From an uncultured Verrucomicrobiae bacterium (GTDB taxonomy: Bacteria > Verrucomicrobiota > Verrucomicrobiia > Opitutales > JABDGR01), in the NCBI GenBank assembly GCA_963765205.1, contig CAVXVB010000007.1:256001-320000 (forward strand): DNA of 64,000 bases. The letters run 5' to 3'. The translations under genes were made by a program, and so were the position numbers. This document shows, in pieces, positions 1 through 10,621 of the stretch (within the stretch, counting starts at the first letter, position 1; the number at the start of each line of letters is the position of its first letter). Below the pieces are notes generated by a model. That model did no database searches. It had not been told where the DNA came from and was given only the letters and a program-made list of their open reading frames with translations.

Positions 1-820
1 GTCAATTTTGCCCCAGGTTTCCATGACGCCGCGCAGGGCATCCGCATGATCGGTGGGTTGGTCAATTTTCATGGCCGCGTTGTAGGCGCTCGCGGGGTCC
101 TGCCGCGCCCAGGCGGCAAACAGGGGGCTGAGGTGACCGCTGCCATTGTTGACGACAAAGCCACCGTCTTCATCGTAGTAACTGCCGCCGGGGTTATTGG
201 CGCCGCCTTCGTAATCCGCCGGCGGCAGCGCGAGGGCGGCGCCCGTCGCGGCCACCGGGTCGCTTTGCACCCAGGTGTTGAGGACTTCATTGATGGCGCC
301 GATGCGGCGTTGGGTCGTGTCCAGCGCCTCCGCGGCGGTCAGCGCGTCTTTCGGCGCGATTTCGGCCCAAGCGGTAAAGACGTAATGGGTCACGGAATTG
401 TCGCCTTCCACTTGTTCGGCGGCACGGGCGTGAATGACGGCATTTTTCGGATCGGAGGCCGCCCATTTCGCATACGCGCGCTGCCGCACATAATCGCGGT
501 CGCTTTGGCGCGGCGCGGAAACCGCCTGGTTGAGCAAAGTTCCGAGCTGCGAAACCGCTGCTCTGGGCCACCAAAGCATCCACGGCTTGCGCACGTGCTT
601 GGGCGGTGGGCGCGGCGAGCGCCTTACCGAGCGGGCTGGCGGCATCCCATGCGATGGGCGCGGGAGCGAGCGGAGGCAGGTCTGGCTGTTTTGCGGAGGC
701 GCGAATCGGCAGGCGGCCTTTAGCCGGCGCGGCTTTGGGGACGTGGGCAAAATAGCCCGCGGTGGCGCCGACCACAAAAGCAGGCAGCACGAAAAGAAGG
801 AATTTGCGGAAGGCTTTCAT
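1..820 (-). pseudogene. Membrane-anchored WxxxDP helical-repeat protein, frameshifted near 560, runs off the left edge
   Basis: N-terminal hydrophobic anchor (MKAFRKFLLFVLPAFVVG). After a 1-nt shift near 560 another frame stays open to position 1 with WAASDP, WAEIAP, WVQSDP, WARQDP, WGKID repeats. The shift may be a sequencing indel. Confidence 0.7.
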
Positions 821-1092
821 GGGCGGAAGCGAAGTTGAGCCGGCGTGGGCGGAGAAAACAAAAATACAAAATGGGCCGCAGCATCACCGGCGACCCGGAA
901 GGCCAAAACGGGCACGGACGCCCCTGCTGCCATTAAGACGCAACGGGGTGCGTTTTGTTAAGCGTTATTGTGTAAAAGTTATGTCTCAAGGCCGCAATCC
1001 TAATCGGACTGTAAAAACCGCCGATTTTATAATCCCTGGTCCGGCACAGGCCGAAGAGATTCTTGCCACGCTTTACCCACAGAGAAAATGGA

Positions 1093-1159
1093 AACCGCAG
1101 ATGACGTAGATTTATTGGCCCAAATATCCAATCTGCGAAAATCTGCGCAATCGGCGGTT
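1093..1159. repeat. Imperfect palindromic intergenic element (AACCGCAGAT...ATCGGCGGTT)
   Basis: Inverted arms built from short CGCAGAT/ATCTGCG units. Confidence 0.6.
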
Positions 1160-1287
1160 CCTTCCTCTCAATCAAAGGCAGTTCCCGCATCCGGTAAAAA
1201 TGGCTCGCCTCGGCGATACGGAGGATGGCAATCTTTTGGCTGCCTCAGCAACCCTGTTCACCCATCCCGCCCCGAAAGGAGCGCCTA

Positions 1288-1710
1288 ATGAAAACACTCT
1301 GGAAAAACACCCTGCTGGCCGCCGTTCTGGTCACTTGTGCCGGTGGCAGCCTGCTCCTCGGCCAACCCGCCCCCACGTTGCCCGTTCCGCCAGCTTCCTC
1401 CGGTTCCACGCCAGCCGCCGCCAGCGCGCGCGGTCCGGCCCGCGGCTTGCGGGGCAGCCTGGGGGAAGAACGCCAGCCACGGATGCGCGACGCCCTGCTG
1501 GATTTGAACTCTGCCCGGATCGCCCTGCGCGATGCCCTGCCTGACAAAGGCGGCTTCCGTGAAAAAGCCATCCAAGGCGTCGAGCAAGCCATCAAAGACG
1601 TGCAAGCCGGGATTGATTACGCCCGTGACCACCCCGATGAATTCCCCGCCGTGCCCGGTCGCGGCCCCGCCCTGCGCCCCGCCGCCCCCGCGCCCGCCGG
1701 CACGTCGTAG
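1288..1710 (+). CDS. Small secreted helical protein
   Basis: AAGGAG RBS, signal peptide, Pro/Ala linker, helical-hairpin-like core QPRMRDAL...DKGGFREKAI...GIDY. Confidence 0.75.
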   Translation: MKTLWKNTLLAAVLVTCAGGSLLLGQPAPTLPVPPASSGSTPAAASARGPARGLRGSLGEERQPRMRDALLDLNSARIALRDALPDKGGFREKAIQGVEQAIKDVQAGIDYARDHPDEFPAVPGRGPALRPAAPAPAGTS

Positions 1711-1734
1711 GCGATGTCCTACCCCCCGAAAAAC

Positions 1735-1826
1735 AACCACGGATGGCACGGATAGCACGGATACATTTCCTCAGCAGAGCCGTTGCTTTGGTCTTTTTAT
1801 CCGTGCTATACGTGTCATCCATGGTT
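1735..1826. repeat. CACGGAT-unit palindromic element
   Basis: AACCACGGATGGCACGGATAGCACGGAT ... ATCCGTGCTATACGTGTCATCCATGGTT. Confidence 0.8.
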
Positions 1827-1846
1827 TAATTTTAGAACAAAGCCAA

Positions 1847-2548
1847 GTGCGTCCCTTTAACCTGGAGGCTGCCGCGAACGCCGCCACCACCCATCCTTCC
1901 CCTGCCGCCCTGCCCGCGCCGAACCCCGCCGCGGCCCATGTCACGCGCGAACAGCTTAAGCAGCGCACCGACCAGCGCATCCTGAGCGAGTGGATTGCGC
2001 CCGGCAGCCGTGTCCTTGATCTCGGTTGCGGCCAAGGCTTGCTGCTGGAACACCTCCAGCACGCCAAGGGCGCGCAGACGGTTGGCGTGGACAGCGACTT
2101 GCAGTCCGTCATCGCCTGCGTCGGGCGCGGGGTGACGGCGTATCAGGGGGACATATTTGAGGTGCTCAATTTTTACCCTCCGGGCGCGTTCGACTGGGTG
2201 GTGTGCTCGCGCACGGTGCAGGAGCTGGCGCAGCCGTGGCCGGTGCTCGAACGCGCGTTGGTCGTGGGCAGGCACGTCGCGGTGGGCTTCGTGAACCACG
2301 GGTTCTGGCTGAACCGCTGGCACATGTTCCTCCACGGCCGCCGCGTGCGCAACGAGGTTTACCCGGAGCCGTGGTATAAGAGCCACCCGAGCAATCCCGT
2401 GACCGTGGGCGACTTCGAGGAGTTTTGCGCGGCGGTCGGCGCACGGGTGACGCGGCGCGCCTACCTCGCGGGCGACTGGCGCACGCCCTGCCAGTTCTGG
2501 CCGCAACTCCTGGCCGGCTACGCCCTTTTTGAATGTACCCGCGCGTGA
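1847..2548 (+). CDS. metW: Methionine biosynthesis protein MetW (SAM-dependent methyltransferase fold); start uncertain
   Basis: SRVLDLGCGQG SAM motif, FDWVVCSRTVQ, VGFVNHGFW, PEPWY motifs typical of MetW. Confidence 0.8.
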   Translation: MRPFNLEAAANAATTHPSPAALPAPNPAAAHVTREQLKQRTDQRILSEWIAPGSRVLDLGCGQGLLLEHLQHAKGAQTVGVDSDLQSVIACVGRGVTAYQGDIFEVLNFYPPGAFDWVVCSRTVQELAQPWPVLERALVVGRHVAVGFVNHGFWLNRWHMFLHGRRVRNEVYPEPWYKSHPSNPVTVGDFEEFCAAVGARVTRRAYLAGDWRTPCQFWPQLLAGYALFECTRA

Positions 2549-2664
2549 GCGGGGATTTATTCACCGTGAAGGAACAAAAGGCGTAAAGGACAATGCCAAA
2601 GCCATAATCCTTCTTTGCGATCTCCACGCTTTTACGGTGAATTACTCTGGCACGGGTTGAGAGT

Positions 2665-3471
2665 TCAGCGCAGCCCAAAAAACTCTCGGGCATTGGCCGT
2701 GGTGCGGGCGGCAAGTTCGGCGAAGGGGAGATCAAGCAACCGCGCGGCTTCCTGCGCGGTGTGCGCGAGAAAGGCCGGTTCGTTGGGCTGGCCGCGATGC
2801 GGGACGGGCGCGAGGTAGGGCGCGTCGGTTTCCACCATCAAGACTTCGCTCCCCTGCGCAATGAGCGCGGCGCGCACGGGGGCGGCATTTTTGTAGGTGA
2901 TGACGCCGGTAAAGGAGGCGCGGCCGCCCCGCGCGCGCAGGGTGCGCAGTTCGTTTGGCCCATGGGTAAAGCAGTGGAAGACGACGCGCCGCCAGTCCAC
3001 GCCGCTTTCATCAATCACGCGCACGCACTCGGCGAAGGCGTCGCGCGAATGGATGACGATGGGGCAGGCGAGTTCGCGCGCGAGGGCGAGTTGGGCGCGG
3101 AAGGCGGCTTCCTGCCGGGCAAAGGCGGCGGCGGCGGGTTCCTTGGGCAGATGAAAGCGGTCGAGGCCGATTTCGCCGAGGGCGACGGGGCGCGGTCCGG
3201 CGTCGGCCGCGCGCTCGAAAAAACTTTGAATTTTTGCCACGGATTCACGCCAGGAATCGTCGTCGGGAACGTCACAGGGGTGGAGGCCGATGGTGTAGTC
3301 CACGCGGCCCGGGTGCGCAGCGGCGAGGCCGGCGTAGAGGGCCCAGTCGTCCGGCCCGGTGCCGATGGTTATGACGTGGGCGATCCCGGCGGCGGCGGCG
3401 CGGTCGAGCACGCCGGGCACGTCGCCCCGGCGCGCGAACTCCGCCAGATGGCAATGGGTGTCAATTAACAT
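2665..3471 (-). CDS. tatD: TatD family deoxyribonuclease
   Basis: DTHCH, GLHP, GEIGLD, IHSRDA, HCFT, ETDAPYLAP. Confidence 0.95.
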   Translation of the reverse strand: MLIDTHCHLAEFARRGDVPGVLDRAAAAGIAHVITIGTGPDDWALYAGLAAAHPGRVDYTIGLHPCDVPDDDSWRESVAKIQSFFERAADAGPRPVALGEIGLDRFHLPKEPAAAAFARQEAAFRAQLALARELACPIVIHSRDAFAECVRVIDESGVDWRRVVFHCFTHGPNELRTLRARGGRASFTGVITYKNAAPVRAALIAQGSEVLMVETDAPYLAPVPHRGQPNEPAFLAHTAQEAARLLDLPFAELAARTTANAREFFGLR

Positions 3472-3617
3472 AACAACGAGTGCTTTGGTGTTTTAGTTCT
3501 TAGTGCCTGGTGGGCCAGAGCCAAGCACGAAGCGGGTGAGGGTGGGCGGGAGGTTGTGGCGCTTCGATCCCTTATTTCCTTGGCCTCGTGCGGATTTCGC
3601 TTTTACTTCAAGGCATC

Positions 3618-4556
3618 ATGGAAAACGTTTTGATTCTGGGCACCGGCTGCGCGGGCTTGACGGCGGCGATTTACACCGCGCGCGCCAACCTGCGCCCGCT
3701 GGTCATTGAGGGCGTGCAGCCGGGCGGCCAGTTGACCACCACGTCGGAAGTGGAAAATTTTCCCGGCTTTCCCGAGGGCGTGGATGGCTTCGAGTTGATG
3801 GACCGGCTGCGTAAGCAGGCGGCGCGGTTCGGCGCGCGGTTCCAGAGCGACTTCATCGAGCGCGTGGATTTGTCCGGCCCGGAGAAAGTTTTGCATTCGT
3901 CTTCGCAGGCGTATCGGGCGCGCGCGCTCATCATCGCCACCGGCGCGTCGCCGCGGATGCTCGGCGTGCCGGGCGAGCAGGAAATGTTTGGCGGCAAGGG
4001 CGTGACGACGTGCGCGACATGCGACGGGGCCTTTTACCGGGGGATGGAGGTCGCGGTGGCCGGCGGCGGGGATTCCGCCTGCGAGGAGGCGTTGTTCTTG
4101 ACGCGCTTTTGCACGAAAGTTTACTTGATTCACCGGCGCGACGAGCTGCGGGCCTCGGGCATCATGGCGAAGCGCACGCTGGAAAACCCGAAAATCCAAC
4201 CGGTTTGGGACACCCACATTGAGCGGGTGTTGGCCGGTGGCGACGGGCGCGTGCGCGGATTGGCCCTAAAACATAAAAAGACGAGCGCGGCGTCAGAACT
4301 CGCGGTGAAGGGCCTGTTTGTCGCCATCGGCCATGTGCCGAACTCGCAAGCCTTCGTGGGCGCGCTGCCGTTGGATGAGCAGGGCTATTTTCTGCCGGAG
4401 GCCGGCAGCGCGGTGCGCACGAAGGCGCCGGGCGTGTATGTGGCGGGCGATTGCGCCGATCATGTTTACCGCCAGGCGGTGACGGCGGCGGGCCTGGGCT
4501 GCCAGGCGGCGATCGAGGCCGAGCGGTGGCTGGCGGAGGAAGGAGAGGGGCACTGA
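3618..4556 (+). CDS. trxB: Thioredoxin reductase
   Basis: GGQLTTT, VENFPGF, CATCDG redox motif, [15 protein letters not shown]. Confidence 0.97.
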   Translation: MENVLILGTGCAGLTAAIYTARANLRPLVIEGVQPGGQLTTTSEVENFPGFPEGVDGFELMDRLRKQAARFGARFQSDFIERVDLSGPEKVLHSSSQAYRARALIIATGASPRMLGVPGEQEMFGGKGVTTCATCDGAFYRGMEVAVAGGGDSACEEALFLTRFCTKVYLIHRRDELRASGIMAKRTLENPKIQPVWDTHIERVLAGGDGRVRGLALKHKKTSAASELAVKGLFVAIGHVPNSQAFVGALPLDEQGYFLPEAGSAVRTKAPGVYVAGDCADHVYRQAVTAAGLGCQAAIEAERWLAEEGEGH

Positions 4557-4684
4557 GACGACAGAGGGGCAGAGGGACAGAGGGAATTCGGAGGATGAAA
4601 TGAAATGCAAATCACAATTGACGAGCGTCGTGAATTGCCCGGCCCCTCAGTGCCTTAGTGCCTCTGTCCCTTTGCCCCTTCCAT

Positions 4685-5530
4685 TCACTGCCTTTTCTTA
4701 TTCAAAATATCCCGCGCTTGTTCGAGCTGGTCGCGCTCATCCGGGGTGAGGCTGGCAAAGCCGGACTGGGCGATTTTGTCGAGAATGGCGTCCACCGAGG
4801 CCATGTTGGCCAGGCCGCCGGCGCGGGGCAATGGCGTGCTGGGTGAGGGCAGGACGCGGAATTTGGGCCGGCGGCGGAAGGGGTTGAGCCGCCGTGCCCA
4901 GTCGCCGAACTCGATCGAGCCGCCGAGTTTCGCATAGCGGACGCAGCCGAAGCTGACGGCGCAGATGGCCAGCATGACCGTAAGGCCGGGCCAACTGCGG
5001 TAGTTGACATAACTCAGGGCGTCCACCGCCATGCAGAGGAAGGCGACATACTTGAGCGGCACCCAGTCGAAGAATTCCAGGTTGGGGTAGAGCGTGGCGT
5101 AGGCGATGAACACGCCGATGGTGATTTCGTTCATGCCGTCATACATTCCCGGCCGGCCGGCCAGGCGCCACGCGCCCAGCACCACGGCGATGGTCGCGAG
5201 CAGGAGCGCGTAGAGTTTCAGGAACGCCGGGCGGCCGAAGTATTGCTCCAGCTCGACGCTGAAGCGGTAAAAGAAAAAGACGCCGAACGGGAAGAAAAAG
5301 CTGGGGATATTGACAAAGGTGCAGGTCGGCAATTGCCAGAGCCAGCCGCGCAAAAAGAAATCCTCCGTCGAGAACTCGAGATTGCCCACCGGCCAACCGG
5401 CGGTGTCGAGCACCACCGTCACAAGCAGCCCCACGCAGTAAAGCACAGCCAGAATGGTCGCGGCATAGACGGGCACCCGTCCGAAATAGCGGAGCGGTTC
5501 ATTGTCGCGGTTGCCGGGATAGAGGCGCAT
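4685..5530 (-). CDS. Rhomboid-like membrane protein with DUF6576-type C-terminus
   Basis: WLWQLPT loop, several TM segments, C-terminal VDAILDKIAQSGFASLTPDER; no obvious catalytic GxS. Confidence 0.75.
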   Translation of the reverse strand: MRLYPGNRDNEPLRYFGRVPVYAATILAVLYCVGLLVTVVLDTAGWPVGNLEFSTEDFFLRGWLWQLPTCTFVNIPSFFFPFGVFFFYRFSVELEQYFGRPAFLKLYALLLATIAVVLGAWRLAGRPGMYDGMNEITIGVFIAYATLYPNLEFFDWVPLKYVAFLCMAVDALSYVNYRSWPGLTVMLAICAVSFGCVRYAKLGGSIEFGDWARRLNPFRRRPKFRVLPSPSTPLPRAGGLANMASVDAILDKIAQSGFASLTPDERDQLEQARDILNKKRQ

Positions 5531-5672
5531 CTGCCACCACTATACCACGCCCGCCGCCCGATGCAATGCGCGGGAATGGGCGGGAGGACATTTCTGCAAA
5601 ATCGCATAATCCCCAAAACGGCGGGCCATTCCCCATCTTGCCACGGCGGGGTGGTTTCTGCATATAGGTCTC

Positions 5673-6659
5673 ATGGCCATGGAATTTAAGGACTATTACA
5701 AGACGCTCGGGGTGCCGCGCGACGCGAGCGAGGAAGACCTGAAAAAGGCCTTCCGCAAGCTCGCGCGCCAATTCCACCCCGACACCGCGACGGACAAGAA
5801 GCGCGCCGAGGAGAAATTCAAGGAGATCAACGAGGCCTACGAGGTGCTCAGCGACAAGGACAAGCGCAAGCGTTACGACGAACTCGGCCCGGACTGGGAG
5901 CACGGCGCGCAGTTCCGCCCGCCGCCGGGCGCAGGCGGGGGTGCGCGGCGGCGCGCGGCCAGCCCCGGTGGCGAGGGCATGGAGTATGATTTTGGCGGCA
6001 CCACGGGCTTCAGCGATTTCTTCGAACACTTTTTCGCTTCGCAGGGCCGGAGCGGTTTCGGCGGCGCGGGCGGCGGCTTTCCCGGCGGCGCGGCCTGGGG
6101 GGGCGGGGCGGAAGACGCCGGCCCCGCGCGCGGCGGCGATTTGGAGTCGGACCTGCTCGTTACACTCGAGGAGGCCAGCAACGGCGCGGAGCGGCTGCTC
6201 AGCCTGCGGCGGCGCGGCTCCGGCAAGGGCGCGACCGAGACGCTCAAGGTGCGCATCCCTGCGGGCGTGGGCGACGGCCAGCGCATCCGTGTCGCCGGCA
6301 AAGGCGAACCGGCGCCGCCGGGTGGCGAGGCGGGCGATTTGTTTTTGAACGTGCGGCTGCAAAAGCACCCGGACTTTCGCGTCGAGGGCGCGGACTTGTA
6401 TTATGATTTGGAACTGGCGCCCTGGGAGGCGGCGCTGGGCGCGAAAAAAACCGTGCCGACGCTGGCGAAATCGGTCGCGGTGAAAATCGCTGCCGGCGCG
6501 GGCGCTGGGCAACAACTGCGCCTGAAAGGGCTGGGCCTGCCGAAGCCCGGCGGCGCGCGCGGGGATTTATACGCGGTGCTCGCCGTGCGCGTTCCCCCCG
6601 CCGAAACCCCGTCCCAAAAAAAATTGTGGGAGCAGTTGCGCGCGGAATATGGGGAGTGA
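5673..6659 (+). CDS. cbpA: DnaJ-class chaperone (CbpA-like, no zinc finger)
   Basis: KDYY, HPD J-domain motif, G/F-rich region, DnaJ C-terminal domain. Confidence 0.88.
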   Translation: MAMEFKDYYKTLGVPRDASEEDLKKAFRKLARQFHPDTATDKKRAEEKFKEINEAYEVLSDKDKRKRYDELGPDWEHGAQFRPPPGAGGGARRRAASPGGEGMEYDFGGTTGFSDFFEHFFASQGRSGFGGAGGGFPGGAAWGGGAEDAGPARGGDLESDLLVTLEEASNGAERLLSLRRRGSGKGATETLKVRIPAGVGDGQRIRVAGKGEPAPPGGEAGDLFLNVRLQKHPDFRVEGADLYYDLELAPWEAALGAKKTVPTLAKSVAVKIAAGAGAGQQLRLKGLGLPKPGGARGDLYAVLAVRVPPAETPSQKKLWEQLRAEYGE

Positions 6660-6863
6660 AGTGTTTTAGCGCTTGGTTTTTTAGTTCTTAGTGGAAGAGC
6701 CGGAGCCATATTTTCTTGCGACGCATACCCTGCCTCCTTTGAATTAGGACAATACCGCGACGGAGACTGCGGCTTGAATGGGCCTGCCTCTTTGTCCCGG
6801 GGGGGCACGACCGTCCCGGTCGCACGGCTGCGCGTCTCGCGCAGCCGACTCTTCGTTTACCTC

Positions 6864-7108
6864 ATGATTAAACTTCCCTATTCCCTGATCATCGAAGCCA
6901 CTGCAGATCCGGATTTCTTTGGCTTCTATTCCTCCGACTTGGAAGGATTCACCGGCATCGGCCATTCCGTCGAGGACTGCCTCTACCAAGCGCGCTGGGG
7001 CATGGCTGACCATGTGCAAACGCTGCTCGAAAACAAACTCGACATCCCCCCGCCAATCCCAACCCGACGGTTATGATTCGAAACGAAGCCAAACTCCAGC
7101 CGGCGTAA
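6864..7108 (+). CDS. HicB-like antitoxin, probable 1-nt frameshift near 7053
   Basis: YSSDLEGFTGIGHSVEDCL HicB-like motif; adding one C gives the tail PPPNPNPTVMIRNEAKLQPA ending at TAA 7108. Confidence 0.65.
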
Positions 7109-7169
7109 AATCACGCTTTTTTTTGTCAGGTATTTGGGCGGGCGGGTGCTATACTGTAAAGCCACCCCC

Positions 7170-8525
7170 ATGACCCCCGATCACGAATTGCTGGCGCATT
7201 ATGCCGCGCGCCGCGACGAGGCCGCCTTTGCCGAGCTGGTGCGCCGGCATGTGGACCTGGTCTATTCCGTCGTCCTGCGGCAAGCCGCCGGGGACGCGCC
7301 TCTGGCCCAGGATGTCACGCAAACCGTGTTCCTCGACCTGGTGCGCAAGGCGGGCGAGCTGTCCCGGCATGCCACGCTGGCGGGCTGGCTGCACACCAGC
7401 GCGCGCTTTGCCGCCAGCAAAGCCGTCCGGGGCGAACAACGCCGTCGCCACCACGAACAGGAGGCTTCCGCCATGCAAGAAACCACCACCGCCGCCGTGA
7501 ACTGGGAGCAATTGCGCCCGTTGCTTGACGAAGGCGTCGGGCAACTGGACGAACCGGACCGCGACGCCATCGTGTTACGCTTTTTCGAGGGCAAAAGCCA
7601 CCGCGAAGTCGGCACCCTCCTGGGGCTGAATGAAAACTCGGCCAACAAACGCATCGAGCGCGCGCTGGAAAAACTGCGCGCCTATTTTGCGCGCCGCGGC
7701 GTGACGGCGTCATCCGTGGCGTTGGCTGCGGCCATCAGCGAAAATTCCGTGCAAGCCGCGCCGGTTGGGCTGGCCGCGAACGTGGCTGGGGTGGCGGTGG
7801 CGGGGAAGGGGGCTGGCGTGGGCACCGGCGCGGGCGTCGCTGCGGAAGGTGTTTTTCTAAAAATTCTTCTTATGTGCACCAAAAACAAAATCCTCCTTGC
7901 CGGGGTGATCGTTCTGATTATTGCAACTACTTGGATATTCTACCTGCATTCGCCACAAGAAACGGCGGCCGTGGCCGAGGCCAAGCCCCCTGGGTCCACG
8001 ATGGTCAAAGCCAAGGTGGTTGCGCCAACGCTGCCGCAGGTTGCTGCGCCAATGACATCGCCGGCAATCAAGCCCGTTACGGTTCCGCAGCCCATAGTGG
8101 GTGATCCCGCCCACAATGCCACGCCGGCGGAATTGAACGCCGCCATCGACAACGTCGCAACGCTACTCCAAGCCAGTGACTTTGTCGGGGTGTTTGAATA
8201 CGGCCCGCCCGCCGACTTGGCCAAGATACCGCCGGAGCAAAAAGCGGAAATGGAGCAGCGTATTCGGCAAGCAATGGCTATTCCTCTAATGCAGCAGATG
8301 ATGCAAGGTTTGTCGCAGTTGGTCCAAGACCTGAAAAACCAAACGCCGGAAATAAATGCGACCGGCGACCAGGCGACCTATCAAATGACGCTGGCCCCGA
8401 ACATGCTCCCGCCCGGCACAAATGTCCCGGCGAGCATGCCCATGGTTTTTGTCAAAATTGACGGGAAATGGCATCTCAGCGGCCACACGATTGATGCCAT
8501 TGACGAGTATTTTTTGGAAAAATGA
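7170..8525 (+). CDS. ECF sigma-70 factor with TM segment and extracytoplasmic C-terminal extension
   Basis: DEAAFAELVRRHVDLVYS, AQDVTQTVF, LRFFEGKSHREVG sigma regions 2 and 4; TM ILLAGVIVLIIATTWIFYL. Confidence 0.9.
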   Translation: MTPDHELLAHYAARRDEAAFAELVRRHVDLVYSVVLRQAAGDAPLAQDVTQTVFLDLVRKAGELSRHATLAGWLHTSARFAASKAVRGEQRRRHHEQEASAMQETTTAAVNWEQLRPLLDEGVGQLDEPDRDAIVLRFFEGKSHREVGTLLGLNENSANKRIERALEKLRAYFARRGVTASSVALAAAISENSVQAAPVGLAANVAGVAVAGKGAGVGTGAGVAAEGVFLKILLMCTKNKILLAGVIVLIIATTWIFYLHSPQETAAVAEAKPPGSTMVKAKVVAPTLPQVAAPMTSPAIKPVTVPQPIVGDPAHNATPAELNAAIDNVATLLQASDFVGVFEYGPPADLAKIPPEQKAEMEQRIRQAMAIPLMQQMMQGLSQLVQDLKNQTPEINATGDQATYQMTLAPNMLPPGTNVPASMPMVFVKIDGKWHLSGHTIDAIDEYFLEK

Positions 8526-8562
8526 GGTGGGGATGCCACTCTCCCGTTTTAGCGGGATCCGC

Positions 8563-8587
8563 GGACGGCTCGTAGAGCCGTCCCTAC
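8563..8587 (-). repeat. GTAG-type REP-like hairpin
   Basis: Minus strand GTAGGGACGGCTCTACGAGCCGTCC. Confidence 0.6.
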
Positions 8588-8688
8588 CCGCGTTGTCCCT
8601 GCCTGCGTTAGTAAATTTGAAAAATGCGTAAATAGTGTCGTCCGCCGCAGGCTTGCCTTTGCGCCCTTGGCCCATCATAAACGCCCGT

Positions 8689-9654
8689 ATGAAATTAGCG
8701 GGAATTCTATTGGCCGGGGCCGGGGTGGTGGCGTTGCTGGCGGGGTGCGGCGACACCACCGGCCACAAGGACGGCGTTTACCAGGGCTACCTCGAGGGGC
8801 GCTTCTTGGGGGTGGCCTCGCCGCAGGAGGGCCAGTTGGCCGAGTTGAAGGTGCAGCGCGGCGGCTGGGTCGAGGCCGGTGCGCCGCTGTTCGCGCTCGA
8901 CCCGCAGCCGGAGGCCGATGAGTTGCGCCAGGAGGACCAGCACGTCGCCTCCGCCCAGGCGCATGTGGAGGATTTGCGCAAGGGCCTGCGCGACACCGAG
9001 CTGGCTGCGCTCGACGACCAACTGAAGGCCGACCAGGCGTTGCTGGATCAGGCCAAGGCCGAATACGCGCGCAACCAGCAGCTCCAGGCGGGCAATTTCG
9101 TCTCGCAGAACGACCTCGACCGCCTGCGCTACACGACCGACCAGCAAACCGCCCAAACCCAACGCGACGCGAACCAATTGGCGACGGGCAAGCTCGGCGC
9201 GCGCGACGACCAGATCAGCCAGGCCGTGGCCGATTTGTTCGCCGCCAAGGCCGTGCGCGACCAGACCCAATGGACGCTCGACCAAAAGACCCAAACCGCG
9301 CCGCAGGCCGGCTGGGTGCAGGACACGTTGTATCGCGTCGGCGAGCGCGTCGCGTCCGGGCAGGCGGTCGTCGTGCTGCTGCCGGTGGCGGAATTGCGCG
9401 CGCTGTTCTACGTGCCGGAGACGGAAATCAACCGCGTCAAGCTGGGCCAGATGGTGACGGTCAAGCTCGACGGGCTGAACCCTGTGCCGGCCCGCATCAG
9501 CTTCATCTCGACGCAGGTCGAGTTCACGCCGCCGGTGATTTATAGCGAGAGCCAGAACTACAAATACGTTTTTCGCGTCGAGGCGGATTTCGACCCGAAG
9601 GTGGCGCGCGAGTTGCACGCCGGCCAGCCCGCCGAAGTGAGCCTGTCGCCATGA
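8689..9654 (+). CDS. HlyD/YbhG-like membrane fusion lipoprotein
   Basis: LAGC lipobox, lipoyl half motifs, coiled coil, EFTPPVIYS. Confidence 0.9.
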   Translation: MKLAGILLAGAGVVALLAGCGDTTGHKDGVYQGYLEGRFLGVASPQEGQLAELKVQRGGWVEAGAPLFALDPQPEADELRQEDQHVASAQAHVEDLRKGLRDTELAALDDQLKADQALLDQAKAEYARNQQLQAGNFVSQNDLDRLRYTTDQQTAQTQRDANQLATGKLGARDDQISQAVADLFAAKAVRDQTQWTLDQKTQTAPQAGWVQDTLYRVGERVASGQAVVVLLPVAELRALFYVPETEINRVKLGQMVTVKLDGLNPVPARISFISTQVEFTPPVIYSESQNYKYVFRVEADFDPKVARELHAGQPAEVSLSP

Positions 9655-10619
9655 ACGCCGCGCCGACTGTCGCCGGGCCTGCGCCGGGCGCGCCCAACGG
9701 CGCGGCCGGCTTGGCCGTGGATGTGCGTGGTTTGACGAAGCGCTACGGCAGCCGGACGGCCGTGGATCATATTGATTTTGACGTGCGGCGCGGCGAGGTT
9801 TACGGCTTCCTTGGCCCAAACGGCAGCGGCAAGACGACGTTCATGCGCATGTTGTGCGGGCTGCTCACGCCCGATGAAGGCGAGGGCACCTGCCTGGGCT
9901 ATAATTTGCGCACCGACGCCGACCGCATCCGCCTCGAAGTCGGCTACATGACGCAGAAGTTCAGTTATTACGAAGACCTGTCCATCGAGGAAAACCTCGA
10001 TTTTGTCGCCCGCATTTATCAACTGGCCAACCGGCGCGCGGCGGTGACGGCGACGCTCGACCAGCTCGGCCTCACCGCCCGGCGCAAGCAACTCGCCGGC
10101 ACGCTCTCCGGCGGTTGGAAGCAGCGGCTCGCGCTGGCGGCGTGCCTCCTGCACCGCCCGAAGCTTTTGCTGCTCGACGAGCCGACGGCGGGCGTGGACC
10201 CGAAGGCGCGGCGCGATTTCTGGGAGCAAATCCACGGGCTGGCGGCGCAAGGCATCAGCGTGCTCATTGCCACGCACTACATGGACGAGGCCGAGCGCTG
10301 CCACCGCGTCGCCTACCTGTCCTTCGGCAAGTTGCTCACGCATGGCACGGTGCATGAAGTGGTCGAGCGCGCGGGGCTGACGGTCTGGCGGTTGGAATGC
10401 GCGAACCCGAGCGAGCTGGTCGTGGCGCTGCACGGCCGGCCCGGGATTTCGGTGGTGCCGTTCGGCAGCTCGCTGCACATCTGCGGGGCCGACGCCGTCG
10501 CGGTGCGCGCGGCGGTCGAGTCCGTCGCCGCCCCGAACGTGACCGCCACGCTGACCAAGCCGTCGCTCGAAGATGTTTTCATCCAACTCCAGGGCGCGTC
10601 CCGGGACAATTTTTCCTGA
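9651..10619 (+). CDS. ABC transporter ATP-binding protein
   Basis: GPNGSGKT, LSGGWKQR, LLLDEPT. Confidence 0.95.
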   Translation: MNAAPTVAGPAPGAPNGAAGLAVDVRGLTKRYGSRTAVDHIDFDVRRGEVYGFLGPNGSGKTTFMRMLCGLLTPDEGEGTCLGYNLRTDADRIRLEVGYMTQKFSYYEDLSIEENLDFVARIYQLANRRAAVTATLDQLGLTARRKQLAGTLSGGWKQRLALAACLLHRPKLLLLDEPTAGVDPKARRDFWEQIHGLAAQGISVLIATHYMDEAERCHRVAYLSFGKLLTHGTVHEVVERAGLTVWRLECANPSELVVALHGRPGISVVPFGSSLHICGADAVAVRAAVESVAAPNVTATLTKPSLEDVFIQLQGASRDNFS

Positions 10620-10621
10620 CC

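Noticed and set aside
870..1110. Riboswitch or small ORF upstream of the metW region
   Set aside because: Only short GC stems with no recognisable SAM or other aptamer consensus; the small ORF runs into a repeat element
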